From: an uncultured virus (IMG/VR IMGVR_UViG_2651869845_000001)
Lineage: Duplodnaviria > Heunggongvirae > Uroviricota > Caudoviricetes
Length of the DNA: 31,290 bases
Virus record (IMG/VR): IMGVR_UViG_2651869845_000001
Strand: one strand, 5' to 3'
In this document: one piece after another, positions 9,826 to 17,622 of the stretch
Position numbering within the stretch: position 1 is the stretch's first letter
How the letters are laid out: every line of letters begins with the position of its first letter
The notes under the pieces: model-generated
The model's database searches: none
The model's input: the letters and a program-made list of their open reading frames with translations, nothing else
Told to the model about the DNA's origin: nothing
Made by a program: the position numbers and the translations under genes

Positions 9826-10271
9826 GGCGCCACCACCGGGATGGGTTTCTGGTCGATCGGGGTCCGCCGGACAACTTCCACGGTGCTGGCCAGGCCGGGG
9901 TCGGCGCAGATCCATGTGCGTCCGAGTAGGGCCGTCCGTGCCGGGTCGTGGACGGCACGGACGGAGATCAGGGCGTACTGCGGGGCGATCGGGGCCTCGA
10001 GCGGGGTAAGGAGCAGCCCGGACGATTTGGTGTCCTGCGTCCAGGGCTGGGTGGCGTCGGAGACGACGTTGATGTCGCCGGTGCCGGAGCGTGGGATGAC
10101 GGCCCCCGGGCCTTCGTACAGCATCTCGCCGTCCGGCTGCTCGAGTAGGCCGGTCTCGGTGTTGAGAACGGGTTCGGCGGTGCTGGGGAGGGTGATCCGT
10201 ACGGTGTCGATGAGGATGGTGTCCTCGAGCCAGGTCTTGACTCCAGCGAGGACTCCATCGAGGCCGGCCAT
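9822..10271 (-). CDS. Head-to-tail stopper-like protein (DUF6093-like)
   Basis: DTVRIT...LNTETG...LYEGP pattern and position before gp10-like gene. Confidence 0.7.
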   Translation of the reverse strand: MAGLDGVLAGVKTWLEDTILIDTVRITLPSTAEPVLNTETGLLEQPDGEMLYEGPGAVIPRSGTGDINVVSDATQPWTQDTKSSGLLLTPLEAPIAPQYALISVRAVHDPARTALLGRTWICADPGLASTVEVVRRTPIDQKPIPVVAP

Positions 10272-10648
10272 CAGGTGTTGCCTTTCGCCCAGTCAGCGAG
10301 CTGCGCGAGCATGGCCCTGGTCAGGTCGCCCTTGCCGTTGCCGAGGTCTGGCCTGTCGAGGGCGGCCCGCTCAAGCGCGACCGGATCGATGGTGGTGAGG
10401 AACCCGGTGATGGCATCGGCGGGGTTGGTCTGGTCGGCGACCGCGATGTGGGCCTCGCCGTCGAAGGTGGATCCCGCGTTGGGGTGGGCGTAGAGGACGA
10501 CCAAGGGGAGTTGTCCAGGGCGGCCTTCGATGTTGTAGCCCTGGACGTGGCGGCTGATGTCCGTGTCGTCCAGGACAACCCGTGCGGTGAGGCCGTCGCC
10601 GGTGACGGAGATATGGCGCGGTTTCCAGTCCATGCTCGGGTCACTCAT
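10271..10648 (-). CDS. Hypothetical protein (125 aa)
   Basis: ATG at 10648 with GGAGAGG upstream, overlapping exonuclease stop; track start at 10810 overlaps the real upstream gene. Confidence 0.7.
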   Translation of the reverse strand: MSDPSMDWKPRHISVTGDGLTARVVLDDTDISRHVQGYNIEGRPGQLPLVVLYAHPNAGSTFDGEAHIAVADQTNPADAITGFLTTIDPVALERAALDRPDLGNGKGDLTRAMLAQLADWAKGNT

Positions 10649-11237
10649 GCTGCGCGTCCTCTCCTGCGGCCAGCCAGCGTCGTACGACTTGGTTGTGCCT
10701 GGCGTCGGCGAGCGCGTTGTGTACGCCGGACTCCTGCGAAGGGAGGCCAGCGGGGTCGACTCCGAGGCGTTCGATCTCCTGGCGCAGGTCGTGCGTCCAC
10801 ATGGGCACACCCGCCGGGAGTTGCATCATCGTTCCCCAGAGCTGGCACAGGGCCACGTGATCGTAGGCGCCGTAGTCGGCCCACAATTGGGGTTCCGCAG
10901 TGTCTGTCGCCTGGATGAAGTCGCGCACCTCATTGGCGATCACCTGGTGCGGCTTGACCCGTGTGTCCCCGAGGTCCGGTCCGACCATGTCGAGCGGCGG
11001 CCTGGGGTGGATGTTCGGAGACTGGGCGCAGTAACTGTCCAGCGCCCTCTTTCCGGTCATGGGGAGGGACGGTAGGACGTTGCGGACCAGCCAGTCGTTC
11101 TCCTTGATGCGGTCCCAGGGGGCGTCGCTGTTGACGGCGTAGTACTCGCGTCCGTCGTCGGCGACCATCCCGATCGAGATCACCTCGATGGTGTGGCCGT
11201 CTTCCAGGAACTCAAGGTCGTAGTCGATGGCGGTCAT
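10641..11237 (-). CDS. DEDDh 3'-5' exoribonuclease, RNase AS (Rv2179c)-like
   Basis: DYDLEFLEDG (ExoI), ISIGMVADDGREYYAV, LWADYGAYDHVALCQLWG (ExoII), HNALADA (ExoIII). Confidence 0.9.
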   Translation of the reverse strand: MTAIDYDLEFLEDGHTIEVISIGMVADDGREYYAVNSDAPWDRIKENDWLVRNVLPSLPMTGKRALDSYCAQSPNIHPRPPLDMVGPDLGDTRVKPHQVIANEVRDFIQATDTAEPQLWADYGAYDHVALCQLWGTMMQLPAGVPMWTHDLRQEIERLGVDPAGLPSQESGVHNALADARHNQVVRRWLAAGEDAQHE

Positions 11238-12070
11238 GCGGGGGCTCCTAGGCGGGCGGGGCGTTCGAAGTAGGGCAGGAACTCGCGCTGGCAGTGCGAG
11301 TGAGCGACCGGGTGGGCGAGAGCGTCCTCGATGTCGCGGCGTGATCCGTCGGCCCGGTCAGGGTCGTTGTGGTCACGCCATCCGCAGCCATCACCATCCC
11401 GGACTTGCAGCTTGGTGCAGCCGAGTTGTTCGAGGGCGGTGTGGGCGGCTCCGGCGTTGGCGGTGGTGACGGCCTGCCAGGAGACGGCGGCGCGTGCCCA
11501 GGAGTCGACGGGGTGTCGGGTGTCGTTGGCGTAGATGACCGTGTTCAGCGGGTGCTCTGCCAGGAGGGCGGCACGGTTGAACCGGGCTACGCGGAACTGG
11601 GTGGTCCGGGCGCGGGCGGCTTCCAGGGCTGCCCGCAGGAAGGCTTGTGCGCGGCGTAGGGCTTCGCTACGGCGTCCCATGAGGTCGGCGTAGTACTGAG
11701 AGCTGGTGGCGGTGATGACAGCCTGGTGGCGGGGCGTCCAGGACCACAGGCGGTGGGGGCGGTCAGCCCGGTCGAGCATGCCGAAGGCCCCTTCTCGGTA
11801 GGCGAGGGGCAGGTCTGTTGCCGCCCAGCGTTCGGTGAAGGCGACCATGCTGCGGTCGAAGTCGGCCAGGGACCGTTGGAAGGCTGTGCCTGCGGCGCGG
11901 ATGCGGGCGCTGGCTGCACGGCCGGGGCGGATTCCGGCGAGTGTGTCGAGGAGCCTGCTCTGGGCGGTGGTGAGGATCCGCCAGGCCGCGGTGAGCCGGC
12001 CGGTGGCGTCGGCGATGAACTCGAGGAGGCGGGAGCGGAGGGTGCGGCGGCCGCGCACGGGCGTGGTCAC
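11234..12070 (-). CDS. MuF-like/minor capsid protein (278 aa)
   Basis: Helical N-terminus and C-terminal VRDGDGC...HPVAHSHCQREFLP, resembling the C...HPNCR motif of MuF/minor capsid proteins. Confidence 0.65.
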   Translation of the reverse strand: MTTPVRGRRTLRSRLLEFIADATGRLTAAWRILTTAQSRLLDTLAGIRPGRAASARIRAAGTAFQRSLADFDRSMVAFTERWAATDLPLAYREGAFGMLDRADRPHRLWSWTPRHQAVITATSSQYYADLMGRRSEALRRAQAFLRAALEAARARTTQFRVARFNRAALLAEHPLNTVIYANDTRHPVDSWARAAVSWQAVTTANAGAAHTALEQLGCTKLQVRDGDGCGWRDHNDPDRADGSRRDIEDALAHPVAHSHCQREFLPYFERPARLGAPA

Positions 12071-12408
12071 CGTCGGGGCCGCTCTCTGAGGAGGATCACT
12101 CCGAATCCGTTGTCCCCGGCGATGCCGTCGCCGTCTGGGTCGTCCTCATCCGGGGCTACGGGCTGCCCGTTGCGGAGGTCGGCGATCTGCTTCTGCAGCG
12201 CGGCGATGTTCGCGGAGAACGACACGCTGACGACGCCGGAAACGTTGACGGTGGTCGGTTGGGCGATGAACGCGGCGAGGCGTTCGCCCAGGACCTCGAG
12301 CGCCACAGCGCGGGCTTTGCCGAGGCGGGTGAAGCGTGCCTCAAGGTCGGGGAGGGGGGTGGCGGTTCCGAGCTGGGCGATGAGCCAGGCGCGGGTGGCT
12401 GCGTCCAT
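12067..12408 (-). CDS. Probable head-to-tail adaptor (113 aa)
   Basis: ATG 12408 with GGAGGAG RBS; size, helical-beta-helical pattern and position after capsid genes. Confidence 0.6.
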   Translation of the reverse strand: MDAATRAWLIAQLGTATPLPDLEARFTRLGKARAVALEVLGERLAAFIAQPTTVNVSGVVSVSFSANIAALQKQIADLRNGQPVAPDEDDPDGDGIAGDNGFGVILLRERPRR

Positions 12409-12453
12409 GTGGCTCCTCCAGGTCAAGGCGGTTGGGTGGGAAGGGGTGAGCGG

Positions 12454-12499
12454 GTGCGGGCCTGCCTGGCGCCCCCACCAGGGGAGTTCAGGCCCGCAC
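12454..12499 (-). terminator. Stem-loop downstream of capsid unit
   Basis: gtgcgggcctg ... caggcccgcac 11-bp inverted repeat; no U-tract. Confidence 0.5.
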
Positions 12500-12551
12500 A
12501 CCGCCTAGTGGCCGCCGGTGCCCTCGCGGCGGCCGTCCGGCCCCGAGCCGG

Positions 12552-12842
12552 TCAGTTGGCCGTGGTCTTGCGGGCGGCCGTCTTCTTGGCCGCCTGCTTC
12601 TTCACGGCCGGCTTGGTGTCCTCGCCAGGGTCGGCGGGGTTTCCGGGGTCGGTGGGTGCCTCGGGCTCCACCGGTGGGGTGTCGCCGCCGGGGAATACGG
12701 GCAGTTCCCCGTCCTCCCAGGCGCTGGGGTTCGTCACCAGGGCCGCGAGGTGCGGCTCAGGCAGCGTCCCGGGCGCCAGCTCCACCGTCTGGTGGGTGTC
12801 CGGGTCCGTGACGTACACGGTCCCCTTCAACTGGGCGGCCAT
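12552..12842 (-). CDS. Small post-capsid protein (96 aa, Pro/acidic linker, Lys/Ala tail)
   Basis: Starts 3 nt after MCP stop; typical small gene following actinophage major capsid. Confidence 0.75.
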   Translation of the reverse strand: MAAQLKGTVYVTDPDTHQTVELAPGTLPEPHLAALVTNPSAWEDGELPVFPGGDTPPVEPEAPTDPGNPADPGEDTKPAVKKQAAKKTAARKTTAN

Positions 12843-12845
12843 GGG

Positions 12846-13907
12846 TCACCACACCGTCGCAGCGATGTGAATGTCCGGGGTGTACATGACCGGCATGGCG
12901 GCCGCGGACCCCTTACTCCACACCTGGACCGGGTCGTCCTGGTACCCGGAGGTGACGATGATGCCGGGCGCCTCGGAGCGGTCGATGGACGGGTTGCCGC
13001 CGGAGGAAAGGACCAGCCCTTCAGCGGTGAGCCCGTACTGGGTCTCCGCCCACTGGTTCACGTTGGGCGGGATCAGGAAGAACATGTTCTCCGGCAGGAC
13101 CCGTACGTCGGTGCCGTTGTCGAGGGGGATCGTCACGTCGTACGTGGTGATCGGCGGCAGTCCGTAGCGGGTCCGGACCACGTTGACCTCGTTCGGTCCG
13201 AGGACCGCGGTCGGAGTGGCACTCGGGGAGACGCTGCCGTAGTAAGCGGCCCGGTAGGAGTTGTTACCCATGGCCAGCGCCATCGTGGTGTACGAGGTGA
13301 GGGCCCTGGCGGGGATGGGAGCCCCGGACGCGCGGAGCACGCCGATCCAGCGCAGCTCGTCTCCGAGCATGTCGGCGGCCGGGTCGGTCCACACGACGGG
13401 CGCGGTGGGCATGTTCGCCGCCGGCACGTTGTGGTTGGCCTCGACAGTGAGGCCGTTCTCGCCGGTGAGGGTGAACTTGCCGTCGACCAGCAGGTCTCCC
13501 GCGGCGAGCTCCATGCGGTGCTTGATCGACAGGACGTGCGCGGCGGAGTCGTCGTAGACGCTCTTGACGAGATCTCCGGCGTCCATGCCGCGGTCGACGT
13601 TCTCGAGGATCGTCTCGAGTTCACCGACGATGTACTTCTGGCCCAGGGGCAGGAGCTTCCCGGAGGTCGCGAACTGCGTGATCTCACGCGTGGCGACCTT
13701 GGTCTGCGCATCCCACGCCCGGTAGGACGCTGCGGCGACCCGGCGGCGGTTGCCGCGGGTCTCCCACTTCACGGAGTCGATGGTCCGCTCGGGAATGACG
13801 GTGCGGGTGAGCTCGTAGTCGGCCGGCGTCTGGATCTCACGCACGAAGGCGTTGATGACGGTCGGGTTGATGTCGCGGAGCAGGAGCTCCAGCATGTCGT
13901 TCGGCAT
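12846..13907 (-). CDS. Major capsid protein (lambda gpE-like family)
   Basis: 353 aa; ASYRAWDA, LLPLGQK, RMELAAGDLLVDGK, DDPVQVWSKGSAAAMPV patterns. Confidence 0.92.
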   Translation of the reverse strand: MPNDMLELLLRDINPTVINAFVREIQTPADYELTRTVIPERTIDSVKWETRGNRRRVAAASYRAWDAQTKVATREITQFATSGKLLPLGQKYIVGELETILENVDRGMDAGDLVKSVYDDSAAHVLSIKHRMELAAGDLLVDGKFTLTGENGLTVEANHNVPAANMPTAPVVWTDPAADMLGDELRWIGVLRASGAPIPARALTSYTTMALAMGNNSYRAAYYGSVSPSATPTAVLGPNEVNVVRTRYGLPPITTYDVTIPLDNGTDVRVLPENMFFLIPPNVNQWAETQYGLTAEGLVLSSGGNPSIDRSEAPGIIVTSGYQDDPVQVWSKGSAAAMPVMYTPDIHIAATVW

Positions 13908-13917
13908 GTCGGGCCCC

Positions 13918-14652
13918 TCAGACCTTGTAGATGAACTGGGTGTTGGATCCGGCGGGAACGTCTGCCGGGTCGAAGGCGACGGGGAGCTTGGCCACGTCGA
14001 TCTGTCCGTGGACCATCAGCGCCGCACCGATCTTGCTGCTGCCGGGGTAGAAGGACTCCTCCGTGAAGAGGAACCCGGCGAACTTCTGGGTGCCGTCGGA
14101 CGCGGTGGCCGTTCCGCCGGCGGTGGTGGTAGCCATCGTCACGCCGGGGCTGGTGCCGCCGGTGAAGGACGCGGTCGCGGTGAGCGAGGCGACGTTCTCA
14201 CCCAGGAGCGCGCCGCCGAAGGTCAGCGTGTACGGCCCGCCGGTTGCGCCGGTAACGACGACATCGCCGGGTGCCAGGTTCGATAGAGCGACGAGGGCAG
14301 CCTGAACTGTTGCGGCGGTCGCGTTGTAAGCGATGGCCGTGGTGGTCTGGCCGCTGTAGGTGAGGGTGAAGGTGCCGCCTGTGGGTCCGCCGGTGACGGT
14401 GGCCGTCTGGACCTCGTTGGTGATGGCCGCGTACGGCTCGTACAGGCCGGAGGTGGCGTTCTTCCCCAGGGGGATACCGGACTTGAGCTTGCGCTCGGGC
14501 TGGAACGCGGACCCGGCCGTCCAGTGGACGTTCTCGTCGAACGCGGTGAGGTCGAGGGTGACGGAAACGTTGGCTTCGATGCCGAGCATGCTCATCAGCC
14601 ACGGGCGGCCGACGGCGAGCGTCTCGGTGGTGGTGTACGGCTGGATGTCCAC
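13918..14652 (-). CDS. Head decoration protein (gpD-like) with inserted Thr/Gly-rich domain (244 aa)
   Basis: GTG 14652 with AAGGGG RBS; LKSGIPLGK..SGLYEPY and DG...AGFLF...MVHGQI...KLP flanking a ~100-aa NEVQT...GGTFTLT insert; directly before MCP. Confidence 0.85.
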   Translation of the reverse strand: MDIQPYTTTETLAVGRPWLMSMLGIEANVSVTLDLTAFDENVHWTAGSAFQPERKLKSGIPLGKNATSGLYEPYAAITNEVQTATVTGGPTGGTFTLTYSGQTTTAIAYNATAATVQAALVALSNLAPGDVVVTGATGGPYTLTFGGALLGENVASLTATASFTGGTSPGVTMATTTAGGTATASDGTQKFAGFLFTEESFYPGSSKIGAALMVHGQIDVAKLPVAFDPADVPAGSNTQFIYKV

Positions 14653-14680
14653 GCCGTTCCCCTTTCGCGAGTTTCGCGGA

Positions 14681-14752
14681 ATGTGTGAGGGCCCCTGCTG
14701 GGTGCCGTCCACGTGGGGTGAGGGCGTGGTCCCTGGTCTGCGGTGGTGCGGT
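14681..14752 (-). promoter_or_regulatory. Conserved leader element, copy 2 (upstream of decoration/major capsid genes)
   Basis: atgtgtg-ag-ggcccctgc-tg-ggtgccgtccacgtggggt ... ggtgcggt matches 8917-8975. Confidence 0.6.
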
Positions 14753-14755
14753 GGG

Positions 14756-15589
14756 TCAGGCGGTCTCGGTGCGCAGGCCCATAGCGATGGCGCGGGCTCG
14801 GGCGGCTTCCTTGATGGCGTCCTTGCCGCTGGCGGGGGTGCGCTGCGGCGGTCCGCCTGCGGGTGCACCGCCGGGGGCCGGGGGCAGGGTCTGCGGGGCG
14901 GTTGTGGGTCCGCCGAAGTCTGTGGGGCGGCGGGTCTTCAGCTTCTCCGCGTACTCCTGGATCTGCGCCTCGGTGGGGTTGTCCATGCCGGTCATGTCGT
15001 TGCGGAGTACGGCTCCGACATCGACGAGGTCTTCGGCCTTCACTCCGAGGCGGGTGAGGATGATGGTCTGCTGGGCGTCCCGGGCGACGCGCTGCGCGGC
15101 GAGGGTTTCCTGCCGGGCCGCGGCGACCTGCTGGGCGGCCTTGTCGGCGGCCGCTTTCGCGTCGGCTTCGCGGCGCTCTACGTCGCTCATGCGCTGGCGC
15201 TGCGACTCGTTGGCTTCCTTGATGAGCTTGCCGACCTGGTCGAGGTCGACCTCGTCGGGGTTCAGGCCGGCCGATTCGGCGAGGGCCCGCAGCGCAGCCC
15301 GGCGGCCCTCTTCCTTCTCATCCCGCATGATCGTGTTAAGGCGCCGCTGGGTGAAGGTGACCTTCTCCTCGTCCGGGTCGACAACCGGGTCGGGCGGCGT
15401 CACGGCCGCCGTACCGGGGGCCAGGCGGGCGGCGAGCTCAGCCGGGGTGGGCACGGCTGCCGGGACCGGCGGGGCCTCTACCGCACCGGAGCTGTAGAAC
15501 ACGGGGGAGAACAGGCCCGTCGGGTACGGGTGGGACCACGCCGACGTGTCGACGAGGTGTCCCGGGTGGTGCAGCGCGGGGCGACGCAT
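14756..15589 (-). CDS. Capsid scaffolding protein (277 aa)
   Basis: ATG 15589 with GGGAGG RBS; VTFTQRRLN motif, long charged coiled coil, Pro/Gly C-terminal linker; between portal and decoration genes. Confidence 0.85.
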   Translation of the reverse strand: MRRPALHHPGHLVDTSAWSHPYPTGLFSPVFYSSGAVEAPPVPAAVPTPAELAARLAPGTAAVTPPDPVVDPDEEKVTFTQRRLNTIMRDEKEEGRRAALRALAESAGLNPDEVDLDQVGKLIKEANESQRQRMSDVERREADAKAAADKAAQQVAAARQETLAAQRVARDAQQTIILTRLGVKAEDLVDVGAVLRNDMTGMDNPTEAQIQEYAEKLKTRRPTDFGGPTTAPQTLPPAPGGAPAGGPPQRTPASGKDAIKEAARARAIAMGLRTETA

Positions 15590-15615
15590 GGGGGCAGTTC
15601 CTCCCAAGGAGTGTC

Positions 15616-15641
15616 CAGGCCCCGCGCCTAGGATCAAGGTA
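15616..15641 (-). promoter_or_regulatory. Putative late promoter (motif copy upstream of scaffold)
   Basis: Minus strand TACCTT-GATCCT-AGGCGCGGGGCCTG. Confidence 0.6.
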
Positions 15642-15654
15642 AGCACGGTTCTGC

Positions 15655-17541
15655 TCACGCGTTGCCCCTGCTCCCCTGGGCTGGTTCCTCTTCCAGCTCC
15701 TGGGGGTCTTCTTCTTGCCCGGGCAGGCCGGGCAAGACCACAGCGGGCGGTGCCGGGTCGGGTTCGAAGTCGATACCGAGATAGGTACTGACGGCGTCGC
15801 TCGAGCCGGTCGCGTCGGCCAGCAGCTTCGCGTCGTCGAAGGACCGCGACTCGATGCGTTTGATCTCTTCCTTGATGTCGTCGATGGGGAACCCGGCTTC
15901 GCGGAGCATCCCCACGGCCGTTTCGAGGCTGATGGCGTGAGCGGTGAGGGCTTTGGTGACCTGTTCGAGGACCGCGGTGCGGTCGGTGGGGGTGTAGGGC
16001 CCGCGGACCAGTTTCGCCGGCAGTGGTGTCACTCCTGCCCAGTCGGGGTGCTGGCCGGCCAGGTTCAGGCGCTGGACGAACTTCAGGGCGAGGGCTTCCT
16101 TGTCCTCGCGGGCGAGCCGCATCCCCGACATGAGCGAGTCGAGGGGGCCCAGGGTCAGGGCGAGTGCGTACCCGGAGGGGACTTTGGAGGGGTCCATGGT
16201 GCCCAGCGAGACCGGGGGCAGGCGTACGACGTTGGCTGCCTGGTCGGCGAGGTCGTGGCGCTGGTTGCGGAGTTCCTGCAGCTGCGGGGCGGTGTTGAGG
16301 GTGCTCATGCCGCCGCCTTCGCCCAGTTCCAGGACCATTCCAGGGGCGACGGACATTTCCCTCTTGCCTGTTCCGCTGGCCGCCTTGCCCCACAGGGCCA
16401 CCATCGGGGACCCGGTTGTCGAGGATGCCCGGCTGGAGTCGGTGTCGGTGCCCTGGAGATCGTCGAAGACCTGCAGGGCCTTGGCGAGGCTGGGCTGCCC
16501 CCAGTGCTCCTCCGCCGGCGGGACGGTGTTGGGGATGTGGACGACCGGGATGAAGTCGATGTACAGGTCGAGGGCATCGAGTACTTCGCCGTCGGAGCGG
16601 GTCGCGAATCGGGCCTTTTCCATGGGCAGGTCGTCCACGTCGGAGTTTTTGAGGTCTCCGAGTTCCCAGGTGGCGTCGGTGAGGTAGCACGTCTGGGCGG
16701 AGGGCCGGTCGTTCCACAGGTACTGGCGGGTGATGGTCCCGGAGTCCGCGTCGAACATGTCGCCCATGCCGAGGAGCGGTGCGGGTGCTTCCCCGTTGGG
16801 GCCGGGGTCGGACATGACGGGGGCACGGACTTCGCGGCCGGCCCGGTCGACGCCGGGTGCGGTGACGGGCCGGATCCAGTCGAGTTCGAACGTGATGCGG
16901 CGCAGTCGGGCCTTGAGGTTCCTCTTGGGGTCTTCGGGGAGTTCCCATGCGAAGTGGACCCGGTCGGGGAACTCGCCGGCGTCGTCGTCTTCGCCGATGA
17001 CGGGGAAGTAGAAGCCGGGGTCAGTGACGCGGAGGGTGACGCGCTGCTTGGCCGGGTCCCAGGCGAAGCGGTACACGCCGTCTCCGAGGCTGACGGCTTT
17101 CCGTTCGCACTGCAGCATCCGCATGGGCAGGCGTTCCTCGACAGCCCACGCCCGCAGGAGGTCCTGGACGTGCTGTGCTTGCGCCTGGTCGGGGCTTGCA
17201 CCGTCGGTGCCGGGGGTGTCGGCGCCGGGGACGACGATGCTCTGGCTCTCCCCCAGGACCTTCGAGACGAGGGTGTCGATGAACATGCTGACGTCACCGA
17301 ACTCGCGCCGGTCCCGTACGGAGTCACCGTCACGGATCTGGGCGAGTTCCGCGGCCTGGTTGTTGTCGTACGCGGCGAGCAGTTTGTAGGCGGCGAGACG
17401 ACGCTCGTCGGCTGCGGGCACCCAGGACAGGGTCGCTTCGGGGAAGGCCCTGCGGTGGGGCATGCCGTGGTTGGGGTCGCTGTAGACCGGCTTGTAGTTC
17501 AGCCATGACCACGCGTCGATGACGACCTGCTTCAGGCCCAC
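15655..17541 (-). CDS. Portal protein (628 aa)
   Basis: Follows terL; AVSLGDGV, DPGFYFP, FIPVVHIPN, WGQPSL, SGYALAL, ISLETAV motifs of SPP1 gp6-like portals. Confidence 0.9.
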   Translation of the reverse strand: MGLKQVVIDAWSWLNYKPVYSDPNHGMPHRRAFPEATLSWVPAADERRLAAYKLLAAYDNNQAAELAQIRDGDSVRDRREFGDVSMFIDTLVSKVLGESQSIVVPGADTPGTDGASPDQAQAQHVQDLLRAWAVEERLPMRMLQCERKAVSLGDGVYRFAWDPAKQRVTLRVTDPGFYFPVIGEDDDAGEFPDRVHFAWELPEDPKRNLKARLRRITFELDWIRPVTAPGVDRAGREVRAPVMSDPGPNGEAPAPLLGMGDMFDADSGTITRQYLWNDRPSAQTCYLTDATWELGDLKNSDVDDLPMEKARFATRSDGEVLDALDLYIDFIPVVHIPNTVPPAEEHWGQPSLAKALQVFDDLQGTDTDSSRASSTTGSPMVALWGKAASGTGKREMSVAPGMVLELGEGGGMSTLNTAPQLQELRNQRHDLADQAANVVRLPPVSLGTMDPSKVPSGYALALTLGPLDSLMSGMRLAREDKEALALKFVQRLNLAGQHPDWAGVTPLPAKLVRGPYTPTDRTAVLEQVTKALTAHAISLETAVGMLREAGFPIDDIKEEIKRIESRSFDDAKLLADATGSSDAVSTYLGIDFEPDPAPPAVVLPGLPGQEEDPQELEEEPAQGSRGNA

Positions 17542-17558
17542 CAGAGTCCCCTCTGTAC

Positions 17559-17585
17559 CAGGCCCCGCGCCTATTGATCAGCGTA
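17559..17585 (-). promoter_or_regulatory. Putative late promoter (motif copy upstream of portal)
   Basis: Minus strand TACGCT-GATCAAT-AGGCGCGGGGCCTG. Confidence 0.6.
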
Positions 17586-17622
17586 CGGGCGGGAGGCCGG
17601 TCTGTTCCCCCCGCCCTACCCG

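Noticed and set aside
15480..15589. Scaffold N-terminal SPVFYSSG as a Prp-type cleavage motif
   Set aside because: Only loose resemblance to LQFFA; no supporting protease in view.
15590..16948. N-terminal 450 aa of the 730-aa ORF as a giant scaffold/protease
   Set aside because: Overlaps portal in another frame with Arg/Pro-rich nonsense; good RBS and ATG at 15589.
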